DNA of 64,000 nt from a virus (lineage: Duplodnaviria > Caudoviricetes). The stretch spans positions 13,908 through 77,907 of IMG/VR virus record IMGVR_UViG_3300012933_000171; one strand, 5' to 3'. The notes beneath the pieces were generated by a model. That model was not told the DNA's origin. It did not search any database and worked only from the letters and a program-made list of their open reading frames with translations. A program made the translations under genes and the position numbers. Shown in pieces: positions 38,115 through 47,371 of this stretch (positions are counted from its first letter, which is position 1; each line of letters begins with the position of its first letter).

Positions 38115-39341
38115 TTATTCTTTCGGAATAGCTAATGCTATGTTGTTTGTATATCCTGCCCAAGTTGGTATTAACACATAAGTGGTAGACCCAATAGATA
38201 ATTCATCACCGGGTGAATACGGTCCATTGTATAGGTATATGTTAGAAATTTCACTAATGCTACCACCAAAGCAGTTGTATACACTCATTTCCCAACCCAA
38301 ATCGTATAAAGCATAAACCGGAGTTGTGATAGTATCATCAGGTACTTTCATCACTGAGCTAGTTCCAAGGACTAGTGGCCAAGATGTAGCGTAATTCGCT
38401 ACACTAGAAAGTGCATTCCCGAGCGGGCGTTGTGCAGCACTATACCCATCAACGGTCAATGCAACGTTTTGTATAGAGTACGTAGTGGGAACATCAGTTG
38501 AGGTACTAGGAGTGTTGTTTATTAGATTTAGTACACGTAAAGCAGAAGTAGTTATATCTGCTCCCGTATACAATGGATTTCCATAACCGCTATTCCCGAA
38601 GTCACCTGAATTAGAACCAAAGTTGCATCCTAGACCAACACCAAGACCGCGTGGCGAAGAAAATACTACTGGTAAAATGTTTGCCGGGGTGTTTAATATA
38701 TCATCACGTGTGTATTGACTAAAGATGAACGGACCATTAAAGACCGAACTATTACTATAAGTCGTCGGCCAACCATTTGCTGCTACTGTCTCGTTAACTG
38801 CAAACATCATTGAATTGTCGTTGATGTGCATATACAATGTTTTGACTTTAGTAAGTCCGGTTCCACCGTGGACTGATAACACCGGAGAACTAGTACCACC
38901 ATACCCAAGCGCAGATCCTTGTGCAGTAGAAGCAGTCGCTAGTGTACTTAAAGGAATGCTTGCGTTAGCCATTGTCCCAGAGGTTAACGCAGTGTAAACG
39001 ACTATATAGCAGTAATCACTAGTTGTAGTGGTATTGTAAAATCTATAATAGATTTTTTTACTAGGATCATCGAATATACTTTGTTCAATAGTGAAACTAT
39101 ATACACCGGTGGATGGGCTAGTTGAACTAATATGAGCTTTCGTAGTCGATAGAGTATTAGTCCTCACGATTTCACTTGAAGCATCATTCAATGCAGAGAG
39201 AAGCGATGTAGCGTAGGTACCGGTGGCACGTGAGCGTAGAGTGCTTATGCTAGTAATAGAGCCAGTGTTAATAATGTCTGTTACTACTCGAAGAACAGAC
39301 AGAAACGTTTGACCTGTTGTAAAATTTAATTTTATATACAT
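38115..39341 (-). CDS. ~400-aa putative virion protein, paralog 2
   Basis: Start reassigned to MYIKLNF to match the paralogs. Confidence 0.7.
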   Translation of the reverse strand: MYIKLNFTTGQTFLSVLRVVTDIINTGSITSISTLRSRATGTYATSLLSALNDASSEIVRTNTLSTTKAHISSTSPSTGVYSFTIEQSIFDDPSKKIYYRFYNTTTTSDYCYIVVYTALTSGTMANASIPLSTLATASTAQGSALGYGGTSSPVLSVHGGTGLTKVKTLYMHINDNSMMFAVNETVAANGWPTTYSNSSVFNGPFIFSQYTRDDILNTPANILPVVFSSPRGLGVGLGCNFGSNSGDFGNSGYGNPLYTGADITTSALRVLNLINNTPSTSTDVPTTYSIQNVALTVDGYSAAQRPLGNALSSVANYATSWPLVLGTSSVMKVPDDTITTPVYALYDLGWEMSVYNCFGGSISEISNIYLYNGPYSPGDELSIGSTTYVLIPTWAGYTNNIALAIPKE

Positions 39342-39343
39342 TG

Positions 39344-40567
39344 TTATTCTTTCGGTACAGCCCAAGCAACACGGTAACTTACACCTTCATTACCTGTCAT
39401 CGGCATTAGCATGTATTTTTTCCCGTCGTTGTAAATTTCATCACCCGGAGCGAAATCACCGTGAAACAAAAATATACCAGATTGGTCTGTTATGTTTCCA
39501 CCACGGCTCCCGTTACGCCTGAATGATATTGGATAAAGAGGAAATACTTTCTTCGACATATCACTTGAAAATATTCTAGCTTGTTTAGTAGTTGAAAACG
39601 GCGAGCCGTTCGCTACATACCCGGCAGCAGCATCGACTGAATTTACTGTACTTAACGGCACAACGTCACCGTATCTACTTAAAATTCCTAATGCTGTTTT
39701 TTTATTATATTCAATAGTCCAGGATACAGCAGTCGCACTAGGTACTCCTGAAATAGTATTGTACATATAAAACAAACACTCTTCGGGAGTACTTGACAGT
39801 GTATTATTAGGGGTAGTGATGTCACTCTCTCTAAAAAACGAACCAATTGTTCTATTCGGGTTAGCGTACACAACTGGTAATATCCCGTTCGAACTGGTAT
39901 TCCAATAATCTCTAGGAGAGTACTGGGAAATTATTAACGGGCCTTGATAATTTGGGGTAGCGAGTGAGCTTGTAAATCCGTTTCTACTTCCAGAGTTATT
40001 GCAACATGATATCACAAACGTAGTAGGTGTTATGTACGCCCAGACAGTGTTGTATAAAGTTAGTGTGCTAAAGTTTTTAACTTCTGTCGGGAACCCAGCG
40101 TCATTTACTAGAGCTAAATCAGTTCCATTAGCGTTATAATCATATGTAGGTGCTGTTACGTCCCAACTCGATGATGCAATGCTATTGTCAATCGTAGTGC
40201 CTACTCGAAATGTTGAAACAGTGTCTTTACCTGGATTACTTAATTGGGTGTAGTATAATGATTCAGAGTTATATACCTTTTGTTGAATGGTAAATTTATA
40301 CCCGTGACCAAGAGTTGCATAATAATCACTTGATACAATTCCGGGTTTTGAAATGTGTGCAACGGTGTTATCAGTGGTAGCAGTCCTTATAATTTCAGAG
40401 TATGCTGCGTCAAAATTATTAGTTAGGTCAGTGTGATAATTTGCAGTGTTCATTCGTGTTAGCAAATGAGACACGGAAGTGATGTTGGTGTTGTTGATTA
40501 TATCAGCTAGTACCCGTAGGAAATTCGAAAGCGGTCTACTAGTGGTGTATTGTAATTTTACAAACAT
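39344..40567 (-). CDS. ~400-aa putative virion protein, paralog 1
   Basis: MFVKLQY...LFHGDFAPGDE...AVPKE. Confidence 0.7.
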   Translation of the reverse strand: MFVKLQYTTSRPLSNFLRVLADIINNTNITSVSHLLTRMNTANYHTDLTNNFDAAYSEIIRTATTDNTVAHISKPGIVSSDYYATLGHGYKFTIQQKVYNSESLYYTQLSNPGKDTVSTFRVGTTIDNSIASSSWDVTAPTYDYNANGTDLALVNDAGFPTEVKNFSTLTLYNTVWAYITPTTFVISCCNNSGSRNGFTSSLATPNYQGPLIISQYSPRDYWNTSSNGILPVVYANPNRTIGSFFRESDITTPNNTLSSTPEECLFYMYNTISGVPSATAVSWTIEYNKKTALGILSRYGDVVPLSTVNSVDAAAGYVANGSPFSTTKQARIFSSDMSKKVFPLYPISFRRNGSRGGNITDQSGIFLFHGDFAPGDEIYNDGKKYMLMPMTGNEGVSYRVAWAVPKE

Positions 40568-40570
40568 AGT

Positions 40571-40864
40571 TTACTCAGTCGGTGTAGGCTCAACAGATGA
40601 TTCTTCTGGAACATCAGTAATCAACGACACAGTTGTTCCCTCAATGAACGAAGTAGTTTTTGCAACATAGATGAATGTCAATGTTCGTCCTCGAAAGAAA
40701 TTAAATGATTTTTCTTCATCACTGTCAGCAAACACTACATTAGAAAACATCAAGTTTGCAAACTCTTGGTCAGATGATGCAGTTAGAGTTGTAAAGTAAA
40801 AATCATAATTCCAAGGATCTTGGATATTGAAATTTATTATTGAAAGCATCTCATTGTATGTCAT
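40571..40864 (-). CDS. Hypothetical protein
   Basis: 97 aa, AAGGA RBS. Confidence 0.55.
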   Translation of the reverse strand: MTYNEMLSIINFNIQDPWNYDFYFTTLTASSDQEFANLMFSNVVFADSDEEKSFNFFRGRTLTFIYVAKTTSFIEGTTVSLITDVPEESSVEPTPTE

Positions 40865-40873
40865 TATTATTCC

Positions 40874-43800
40874 TTAAATTTTTGAAAATAGTAGAACCAC
40901 ATGCAAGTCAGATGCACTGGTGCCTGCACTTGTGATATCTACGGTTAGATAATCATCTTCTAATAAAGTACTGTTCGGAGTTGTCTTAACTAATAACTCT
41001 CCGGCAGCAATTGTTACAGTCGTAACCACGGTTGAATTATTCTTCACTACGCTAATCGTAGTAGCAGACGATCCAGCGTTCTGCAAGTAGCACGACACTT
41101 TAGATAACGACCCGCTAATCGGGACATAGACTCGGTCTTCACCGAGACTGTAAGTTAATGGACCTGACCAGTAGTATGTTTTTGATTGATAAACCTCAGG
41201 CATTACTGTAATAAAACTAAATGTTCCGTCACCGTTAGCTGATAGAAGTTGCCCAGTAGTGCCGTCTTCGATTCCTAAATCAAGTAATGTAGTTGCCCCA
41301 GAGCCACCACCTCCACCTGAAGACTGGGCAACCCAAGATAAGTTTCCAGTTCCATCAGTCGATAGAACTTGACCAGTTAAGCCACCGGATATCTTTACAT
41401 TCGAATTGGCTCCTAGTGTAGTGATGCCGTTGACTGTAAGTGCTGTTAAGGTACCCAATGATGTAACAGAAGGTTGTGACGAACTTGTGACTGTCGATGC
41501 AACAATGTTTAAATTATCGATGTATGTTTTAGTAACTCTATTATCAATAGCAGTATTTGCACGTGCTACTGTGTAGTATAAGTTGGCGCCTTCAGATAAA
41601 TTAGTTGTTGATTTAGTTCCTAGCCACGTTGTTGCAGTACTAGCAAAGTCAGCCGTAGCAAGTTTTGCCCCAATCAAAGATGTCATTGATGTAGCAAAGT
41701 TAGGATCATCTCCCAATGCAGCAGCTAATTCATTTAATGTGTTTAATGTAGTGGGTGCAGCATCTACTAGGTTGCTGATTTGAGTACCTACATAACTCTG
41801 AGTTGCATAACTGGTTAGTGCAGATGCCTGTAGTGCTGTATCAGCTTTTGCACCTTGCGCCGCAGTAGCATAAGCAGTAGAATTAGTTGCCGCCGCAGTG
41901 CCTAATGTTGGCTTATCAGTTAAATCGTTATACGATGTTACACCACCTCCGCCCAACAAGCTAGTAGTGTCAGTCAAGTCACTGATATCTGCTGGGATAG
42001 TTGGCTTGTCGGTTAAATTATTATACGATGTAACTCCACTACTTAATAAATTCGTAGTGTCTGTCAAGTCACTAATGTCTGCTGGAATAGATGGTTTGTT
42101 AGTTAAGTCAGAATAGCTGCCGCTAAAAGTACTATAACTTGATAAGTCAGGTGGAGTGAAAGCAAACACACCAGTCGTGTTATCGTATGCAAGATTAGCA
42201 ACACCTGATGGCTGAACCGATACGCTCAAGTCAGTTAGCTGAATGCCAGTTGCTACGGTACTGAATGTCAACACACCTGCACCGTCTGTGGTCAATACTT
42301 GTCCAGTTGTGCCGTCAGTTATTCCTAAATCAAATACTGAAGTAGGAATTGATGGCTTATCAGATAATTCGTTGTATGAACTAATTAACAAGTTGGTAGT
42401 GTCAGTTAACTCACTAACGTCATACGGGATAAATGGCTTATCAGTTAAATCAATATACGAAGTTACACCACCGCCTCCGCTAGTCCCGGAAGTAGCATCA
42501 GTACCGTTAACCCAGTTAGTCCCATCATATTTTAGAACTTGTCCAGTCGTCAATGTACCTGAGTTAATAACAACACCAGTTAACTCAGTTAAAGCTGATA
42601 CACCTAATAAATTAGTCGTGTCAGTTAAGTCACTAATGTCTGCTGGAATAGATGGCTTGTTAGTTAAATCAGCGTAACTACCACTGAACAAAGATGGCTT
42701 ACCTGTTAAGTTTGCATACGTGCCGTCAAATAATGTAGGCTTGTTAGTTAAATCAGTGTAACTTCCACTCGTAGCAACAGTTGATAGAGTTGGCTTGCCA
42801 GTAATGTTAGCGTATGTAAATGCGTTTGCATTTAACTTGTTAGCTAGTGTATTCGTGACAGTCGTAGAAAAGTTAGCATCATCACCTAATGCAGCCGCTA
42901 ACTCGTTCAATGTGTTTAATGTAGTAGGAGCTGCATCAACTAGATTGCTAATTTGCGTGTTGACATAAGTTTGTGTAGCGTACCCGGTTAAATCTGTAAC
43001 TACACCGGTTAATAAACTACCGTCACCTGCAAACTTAGTTGCAGACAATGTACCTGTTGTCTTGTTAAATGTAAATGCTGAATTACCGGCAGTTGTGCCG
43101 TTATCATTAAATTGAACTTGAGTGTTTGTTCCTGCAGGGGCAGATGAACCTACACTAATACCAGTAAGTTGACTACCGTCACCTATGAATTTTGTCGCAG
43201 TTACGTTACCAGCAACTGTCAAATCTATTAGCGTACCAACACTAGTGATATTAGGCTGTGCATTCATAAACACAGTGCCAGCCATATGTGAACTTGGAAC
43301 TTCACCGTATATATTTGCAGCACGAATGTTACCTATTTGATAACCGTCACCCTTTAAGAATGATGCTTGCAACACTCCAGTAGAAGAATTAAATGTGAAG
43401 TTTGGACTAGCACCCAAATCACCGTTGTTATTGTATTGAACTTGCGTGTTACTTCCAGCGGTAGTTAAACCTCTAGCAAGATAGGTAGTAACTTCAATTA
43501 TTTCACCACTAAACGGAGGCTCAGAGAAAGTTAGTACATCACCGCTAATGTCAAATGCAGAGCGTTGCTGTGTGATACCGTCAATGTTGACGTATACGAA
43601 GTCTCTACTATCAGGTGTAGTAGATAAAGTGAAATCTATTTCAGTGCCGTCGCCGGTGAATGTATCTTGGGTGATACCAGTGAAGCCAGAAACAACAACT
43701 TGCTCGCCGCCTGCACCACCGTCAGCCCAAGATAAGTTACCTGTCCCGTCAGTGGATAATACTTGTCCCGCTGAACCGCCTGTAATTGTGATGTTTGCGG

Positions 43801-43915
43801 CAGAACCTAAATTTGTCTCACCGTTAACAGCTAGATTGCCAGTAATGTTGGCATCGGCAAACGTAAATGTTGCACTAGTGTTTACGCTTTTTGGTTCTAA
43901 TTTTGTAAATGCCAT
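40874..43915 (-). CDS. Long repetitive tail fibre protein
   Basis: GQVLSTDGTGNLSW, QVQFNDNG, two LVDAAPTTLNTLNELAAALGDD copies and many SYxDLTxKP repeats. Confidence 0.8.
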   Translation of the reverse strand: MAFTKLEPKSVNTSATFTFADANITGNLAVNGETNLGSAANITITGGSAGQVLSTDGTGNLSWADGGAGGEQVVVSGFTGITQDTFTGDGTEIDFTLSTTPDSRDFVYVNIDGITQQRSAFDISGDVLTFSEPPFSGEIIEVTTYLARGLTTAGSNTQVQYNNNGDLGASPNFTFNSSTGVLQASFLKGDGYQIGNIRAANIYGEVPSSHMAGTVFMNAQPNITSVGTLIDLTVAGNVTATKFIGDGSQLTGISVGSSAPAGTNTQVQFNDNGTTAGNSAFTFNKTTGTLSATKFAGDGSLLTGVVTDLTGYATQTYVNTQISNLVDAAPTTLNTLNELAAALGDDANFSTTVTNTLANKLNANAFTYANITGKPTLSTVATSGSYTDLTNKPTLFDGTYANLTGKPSLFSGSYADLTNKPSIPADISDLTDTTNLLGVSALTELTGVVINSGTLTTGQVLKYDGTNWVNGTDATSGTSGGGGVTSYIDLTDKPFIPYDVSELTDTTNLLISSYNELSDKPSIPTSVFDLGITDGTTGQVLTTDGAGVLTFSTVATGIQLTDLSVSVQPSGVANLAYDNTTGVFAFTPPDLSSYSTFSGSYSDLTNKPSIPADISDLTDTTNLLSSGVTSYNNLTDKPTIPADISDLTDTTSLLGGGGVTSYNDLTDKPTLGTAAATNSTAYATAAQGAKADTALQASALTSYATQSYVGTQISNLVDAAPTTLNTLNELAAALGDDPNFATSMTSLIGAKLATADFASTATTWLGTKSTTNLSEGANLYYTVARANTAIDNRVTKTYIDNLNIVASTVTSSSQPSVTSLGTLTALTVNGITTLGANSNVKISGGLTGQVLSTDGTGNLSWVAQSSGGGGGSGATTLLDLGIEDGTTGQLLSANGDGTFSFITVMPEVYQSKTYYWSGPLTYSLGEDRVYVPISGSLSKVSCYLQNAGSSATTISVVKNNSTVVTTVTIAAGELLVKTTPNSTLLEDDYLTVDITSAGTSASDLHVVLLFSKI
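41890..42820 (-). repeat. Degenerate tandem coding repeats (SYxDLT[N/D]KP.IP.DISDLTDTT.LL)
   Basis: Near-identical DNA AAGTCACTAATGTCTGCTGGAATAGATGG near 42066 and 42627; bounds approximate. Confidence 0.75.
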
Positions 43916-43973
43916 TCTATATTCCCGATTATTTAGTATTTAGTCAAAAAATAACCAAACACTAGACGGGAAT

Positions 43974-45161
43974 TTAGATAAACCAAGTAATGATACTGTA
44001 TCTAGTACCGTTAGTGACGGGTAATATTTCATGAGGATACATGAAGTTGCTAGGGAACAAGACTACTGAGCCTTTTTTGGTCTTTAGCTTTAGGTCTCTA
44101 TTCCAAAAAGCCCATTCCCCGCCCTCATAATCATCGTTGAGTGCAAATGAGCAGGAAACTGCTCTAGGCTGTGCTTTGTAGCTATCAGTGTGTTGTTTGT
44201 AGAACTGTCCAGTTTGATACCTAAGCAACTCGTAACCGGAATCAGACTCAATTCTTGCTTCAGGGAACTTCTCGTTGTAGCGTTTAATCGCTTCAGCGGC
44301 ACCCTTAAACAATTCATTGTCTAATAGACGCCTTGTATAATTACTACCTATCACTTCGTTTCGTGAGATAGGAATAGCATCAACATTTCGGATATCTCTA
44401 TCAAGTATACCCTCACCTACATAGGTGGGAATCCATTCACCATCGGGAGCATACTCTTTCAGGATAGCATCACATAACTCATCAGGGATGACATTATCAA
44501 ACACTTGAATGTAATCTTGTAATGTCTTTGCGTATGCTGTGGGTTTTTCTTGGATAGTCTCTATGTCAGATATCACAGGTGTATTGTCCATAAACAACTT
44601 TGGTTCTTCGGGTTTAAATCTATCTCTATCAAAGAATGCCCAGTTGTTATCTCCTCTGCTCCTTACATAGTGCAAAAAGACCTGAACATATTCCTCACCT
44701 TCAAATCTATCTCGCCAGTGGTCGGCGATGTTGCCTCGATACATCATTGCATCACCTGAAGCTAAATCTAGTTGAACTTCCTCACCGTTAGGCTTTTGAA
44801 TATAGATTGGCCAGTCATTGTCACTACGAAGATGAAGGGTAAGACTAATCTCACATGCTTCTCTGTCACGGTGTCGCTCTAGTGTTGCACCTTTTTTATA
44901 TACTCTTGCGTAAGTGTAAGTAGGCAATACAGTCTCACCCAAGAACCTACTGACTTCAGGAGTTTTTTCACATAGTAATTCTAGAAAATCAATGTAGTTA
45001 TAAACTGAGTGTGATTCTGGAATCTGACTATCACCATCTAAGTCATTTTCTGCACAACACTTGATGAACTTTTTAGCTAACTCATTAGCACGTTCTGTGC
45101 TAATGAAATTGGGGATATGGATGTAATTATTTTCTTTAATAATTTCATTCATTCGATTCAT
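43974..45161 (-). CDS. Tandem two-domain 2OG-Fe(II) oxygenase (prolyl 4-hydroxylase-like)
   Basis: Domain 1 HRD...HWR; domain 2 HTD...YEGGE...FPSNFMYPHE...GTRYS. Confidence 0.85.
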   Translation of the reverse strand: MNRMNEIIKENNYIHIPNFISTERANELAKKFIKCCAENDLDGDSQIPESHSVYNYIDFLELLCEKTPEVSRFLGETVLPTYTYARVYKKGATLERHRDREACEISLTLHLRSDNDWPIYIQKPNGEEVQLDLASGDAMMYRGNIADHWRDRFEGEEYVQVFLHYVRSRGDNNWAFFDRDRFKPEEPKLFMDNTPVISDIETIQEKPTAYAKTLQDYIQVFDNVIPDELCDAILKEYAPDGEWIPTYVGEGILDRDIRNVDAIPISRNEVIGSNYTRRLLDNELFKGAAEAIKRYNEKFPEARIESDSGYELLRYQTGQFYKQHTDSYKAQPRAVSCSFALNDDYEGGEWAFWNRDLKLKTKKGSVVLFPSNFMYPHEILPVTNGTRYSIITWFI

Positions 45162-45495
45162 CCTTGGGCGTAACGTCTTTGACTTCCTCGATTTGAGTTA
45201 ACTTGCGTTCCAGTGCTTTGGTATCATTTGTCGCTACTGCAAGAAATAATTCTTGAGATGCTTGCGTTGACTTAACCATTTCATTTCTGAAACTTTCAAC
45301 TGCTGCACCTGTTTGACGTTGCATCCCTGAGTTCTCGATTAGCAACATTGGAAGATATGAAACAGTGCAGTTCCAATCATCAATTTGTTTTCCTGTGTTG
45401 ATATCGTATCCTGCAATCTTTACGAACCAAGCACAGTCTAGTCCGATGCATTCTTTTTTAAGTAGTGGGCAAAGATTCTTTCTCTTTAGTTCCAT
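45145..45495 (-). CDS. Cys-rich hypothetical protein
   Basis: CPLLKKECIGLDCAW...WNC; AAVESFRNEMV. Confidence 0.65.
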   Translation of the reverse strand: MELKRKNLCPLLKKECIGLDCAWFVKIAGYDINTGKQIDDWNCTVSYLPMLLIENSGMQRQTGAAVESFRNEMVKSTQASQELFLAVATNDTKALERKLTQIEEVKDVTPKDESNE

Positions 45496-45547
45496 ATAAA
45501 CCTCTCTATTCAGTTATTTACTGAGTACGAGGCTTGCCCATATAATT

Positions 45548-45805
45548 TTAGACGTTGGGGTCAGCTTGGTATGCTTCTTCCCATTTTGCAATGCACTTGA
45601 TTGCCCACTCGGGAAGTTCAGATATATCCTCATTAGATACAAATGGACTTCGATATTCAATGTGCCCTGCATTGTTTAACCATTGCAGTGCGTGAACGTC
45701 TTCGGGAATGCCGCACTGTGAAAAATCTAACGGCAAGTAAGTGTCTAAGTCTAAGTATACTGCCCCATCGTCAACGATGATGCTAACTCTGTTACTTTCT
45801 ATCAT
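45548..45805 (-). CDS. Small acidic protein, possible tail fibre assembly factor
   Basis: VHALQW...GHIEY; follows collar-like genes. Confidence 0.5.
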   Translation of the reverse strand: MIESNRVSIIVDDGAVYLDLDTYLPLDFSQCGIPEDVHALQWLNNAGHIEYRSPFVSNEDISELPEWAIKCIAKWEEAYQADPNV

Positions 45806-45806
45806 A

Positions 45807-46283
45807 TTATTCCTTAGATGCTAGAATGAAATCTATGTATTTTACAGCGAAGCCGGTGGGATTACCTACTACTGTCCCTGATCCTACTTGAATTCCGTGA
45901 CTGTGTACCCCGGTGCCAGTGCTCACCCCGGACGTTGTTATACCCATTCCAGTAACTAAATATTGTCCTGCTAGTGGGTTCGCTGGGTATGAAATCATAA
46001 TAGCGCCGTTAAACCTAACAGTTGTGTAACTATAAGTGTGTTGGTGCGCCGGTAAATCTGCCACTGCAGGCGCAACTGAACCATTAACGTCTGTTATAGT
46101 TCCATCCCATGTAGAATCAACTAATGCGGTAGTAGCAGGGTTTAGTCCGCGAAGTGTCCCGCCGGTAATCCCCGAAGTGACACATAATGTGTAATCATCT
46201 TGGCTAGCTGTATCTTTAACCCATCCAGTCGGGGCTATAGTTTGATTGAAAAATGTCTTAGTGGTTCTGACAAACGCTCCCAT
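45807..46283 (-). CDS. Short tail-collar-like protein (paralog C)
   Basis: APTGWVK, HQH/HSH motifs, FAVKYIDFI. Confidence 0.65.
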   Translation of the reverse strand: MGAFVRTTKTFFNQTIAPTGWVKDTASQDDYTLCVTSGITGGTLRGLNPATTALVDSTWDGTITDVNGSVAPAVADLPAHQHTYSYTTVRFNGAIMISYPANPLAGQYLVTGMGITTSGVSTGTGVHSHGIQVGSGTVVGNPTGFAVKYIDFILASKE

Positions 46284-46284
46284 A

Positions 46285-46797
46285 TTAATTCCTTTGACCT
46301 AATATTACATCAACATAGTTGATAGCAAAGTCTCTAGTTGCTCCGGTAACCGGACCGTTTAATGATGCGGGTGTTGAGATAGAGTGAGTATGACCCTGTC
46401 CGCCACCTGCCGGGTTAGTACTTGCACCAGTTGGTCCAAACGTTGGTCCAGGCCAAGTATAAAGACTCTGTGTTGGCGCAGGCAACGTGGGCGGCTTCGA
46501 ATAAGTAGGTCCAGCCGCCCTAGATGCAGGTCCTGATGAGAGTCTTGCACTAGAATTATGTGAATGCCCAGCGGCACTAGAAATTGAATTATCAGATGCT
46601 ATTGTAAGACTTCTAGTTCCTGATGCAGTTTTACTAACAAATGCAGAACTAAAGGGAGTTGAACCACCTGAACCAACTGTACCTGTCGTTACACGAAGGA
46701 TGCAGTCGTCAACACCTGAAGTTATTTGAGTCCAACCTACAGGCACAGTCGCCATAAAAAATTTTGTAATTGATGTACTTGGTATAGATGGTTGCAT
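46285..46797 (-). CDS. Short tail-collar-like protein (paralog B), Pro-rich
   Basis: VPVGWTQ, HSH/HTH, FAINYVDVI. Confidence 0.65.
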   Translation of the reverse strand: MQPSIPSTSITKFFMATVPVGWTQITSGVDDCILRVTTGTVGSGGSTPFSSAFVSKTASGTRSLTIASDNSISSAAGHSHNSSARLSSGPASRAAGPTYSKPPTLPAPTQSLYTWPGPTFGPTGASTNPAGGGQGHTHSISTPASLNGPVTGATRDFAINYVDVILGQRN

Positions 46798-46798
46798 A

Positions 46799-47362
46799 TT
46801 AATGATACTTTGCTATGAGTACGTCTTTGTATTTGATGTTGAAATTGAACGGACTGCTGTATGTGATTGAAGTAACTGATCCTGAAGTATGAGCATGTCC
46901 ACCGCCAGAACCCGCCATGCCACCGGCTGCTGCCGGATAGGCATTAACTGGGTTCACGATTCCAGTGAACGGGGAACCAGGGCCCGAACCAGGCCATCCC
47001 GTTGTGTAACCTGATAAACTCGCTCCACCGCTTGCACCCGATGAATGAGAATGGGTTCCCATTTGCGCCACACTGAGAGTTGCGGTTTGCGCCGTTACAG
47101 GCCAATCACCGCTCTCAGGTGAATATAATTCTGAACTTGTACTCATTACTGTAGAAAACGGTTGATTAGACGAAGTAGCAACACCACCGGTGCCACTTAC
47201 TACTCTTAAAGCGTAATCATTATAAGTTGTGTTTTTAATCCAACCAGCAGGTGCTGCAGGCTGTGCGAAAATCATTGATGCCCCGATGTATTCGGGCTCA
47301 AGGCTTGACGCCACAATTGATGATAAGCCTACAAATCCTTGTATAGAGTTAATACGTCCCAT
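46799..47362 (-). CDS. Short tail-collar-like protein (paralog A)
   Basis: APAGWIK, HSH/HAH, FNIKYKDVL. Confidence 0.65.
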   Translation of the reverse strand: MGRINSIQGFVGLSSIVASSLEPEYIGASMIFAQPAAPAGWIKNTTYNDYALRVVSGTGGVATSSNQPFSTVMSTSSELYSPESGDWPVTAQTATLSVAQMGTHSHSSGASGGASLSGYTTGWPGSGPGSPFTGIVNPVNAYPAAAGGMAGSGGGHAHTSGSVTSITYSSPFNFNIKYKDVLIAKYH

Positions 47363-47371
47363 AGTTTATAT

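Noticed and set aside
41890-42820. CRISPR-like array
   Set aside because: The repeats are in-frame, degenerate at codon third positions and lie inside a tail fibre CDS.
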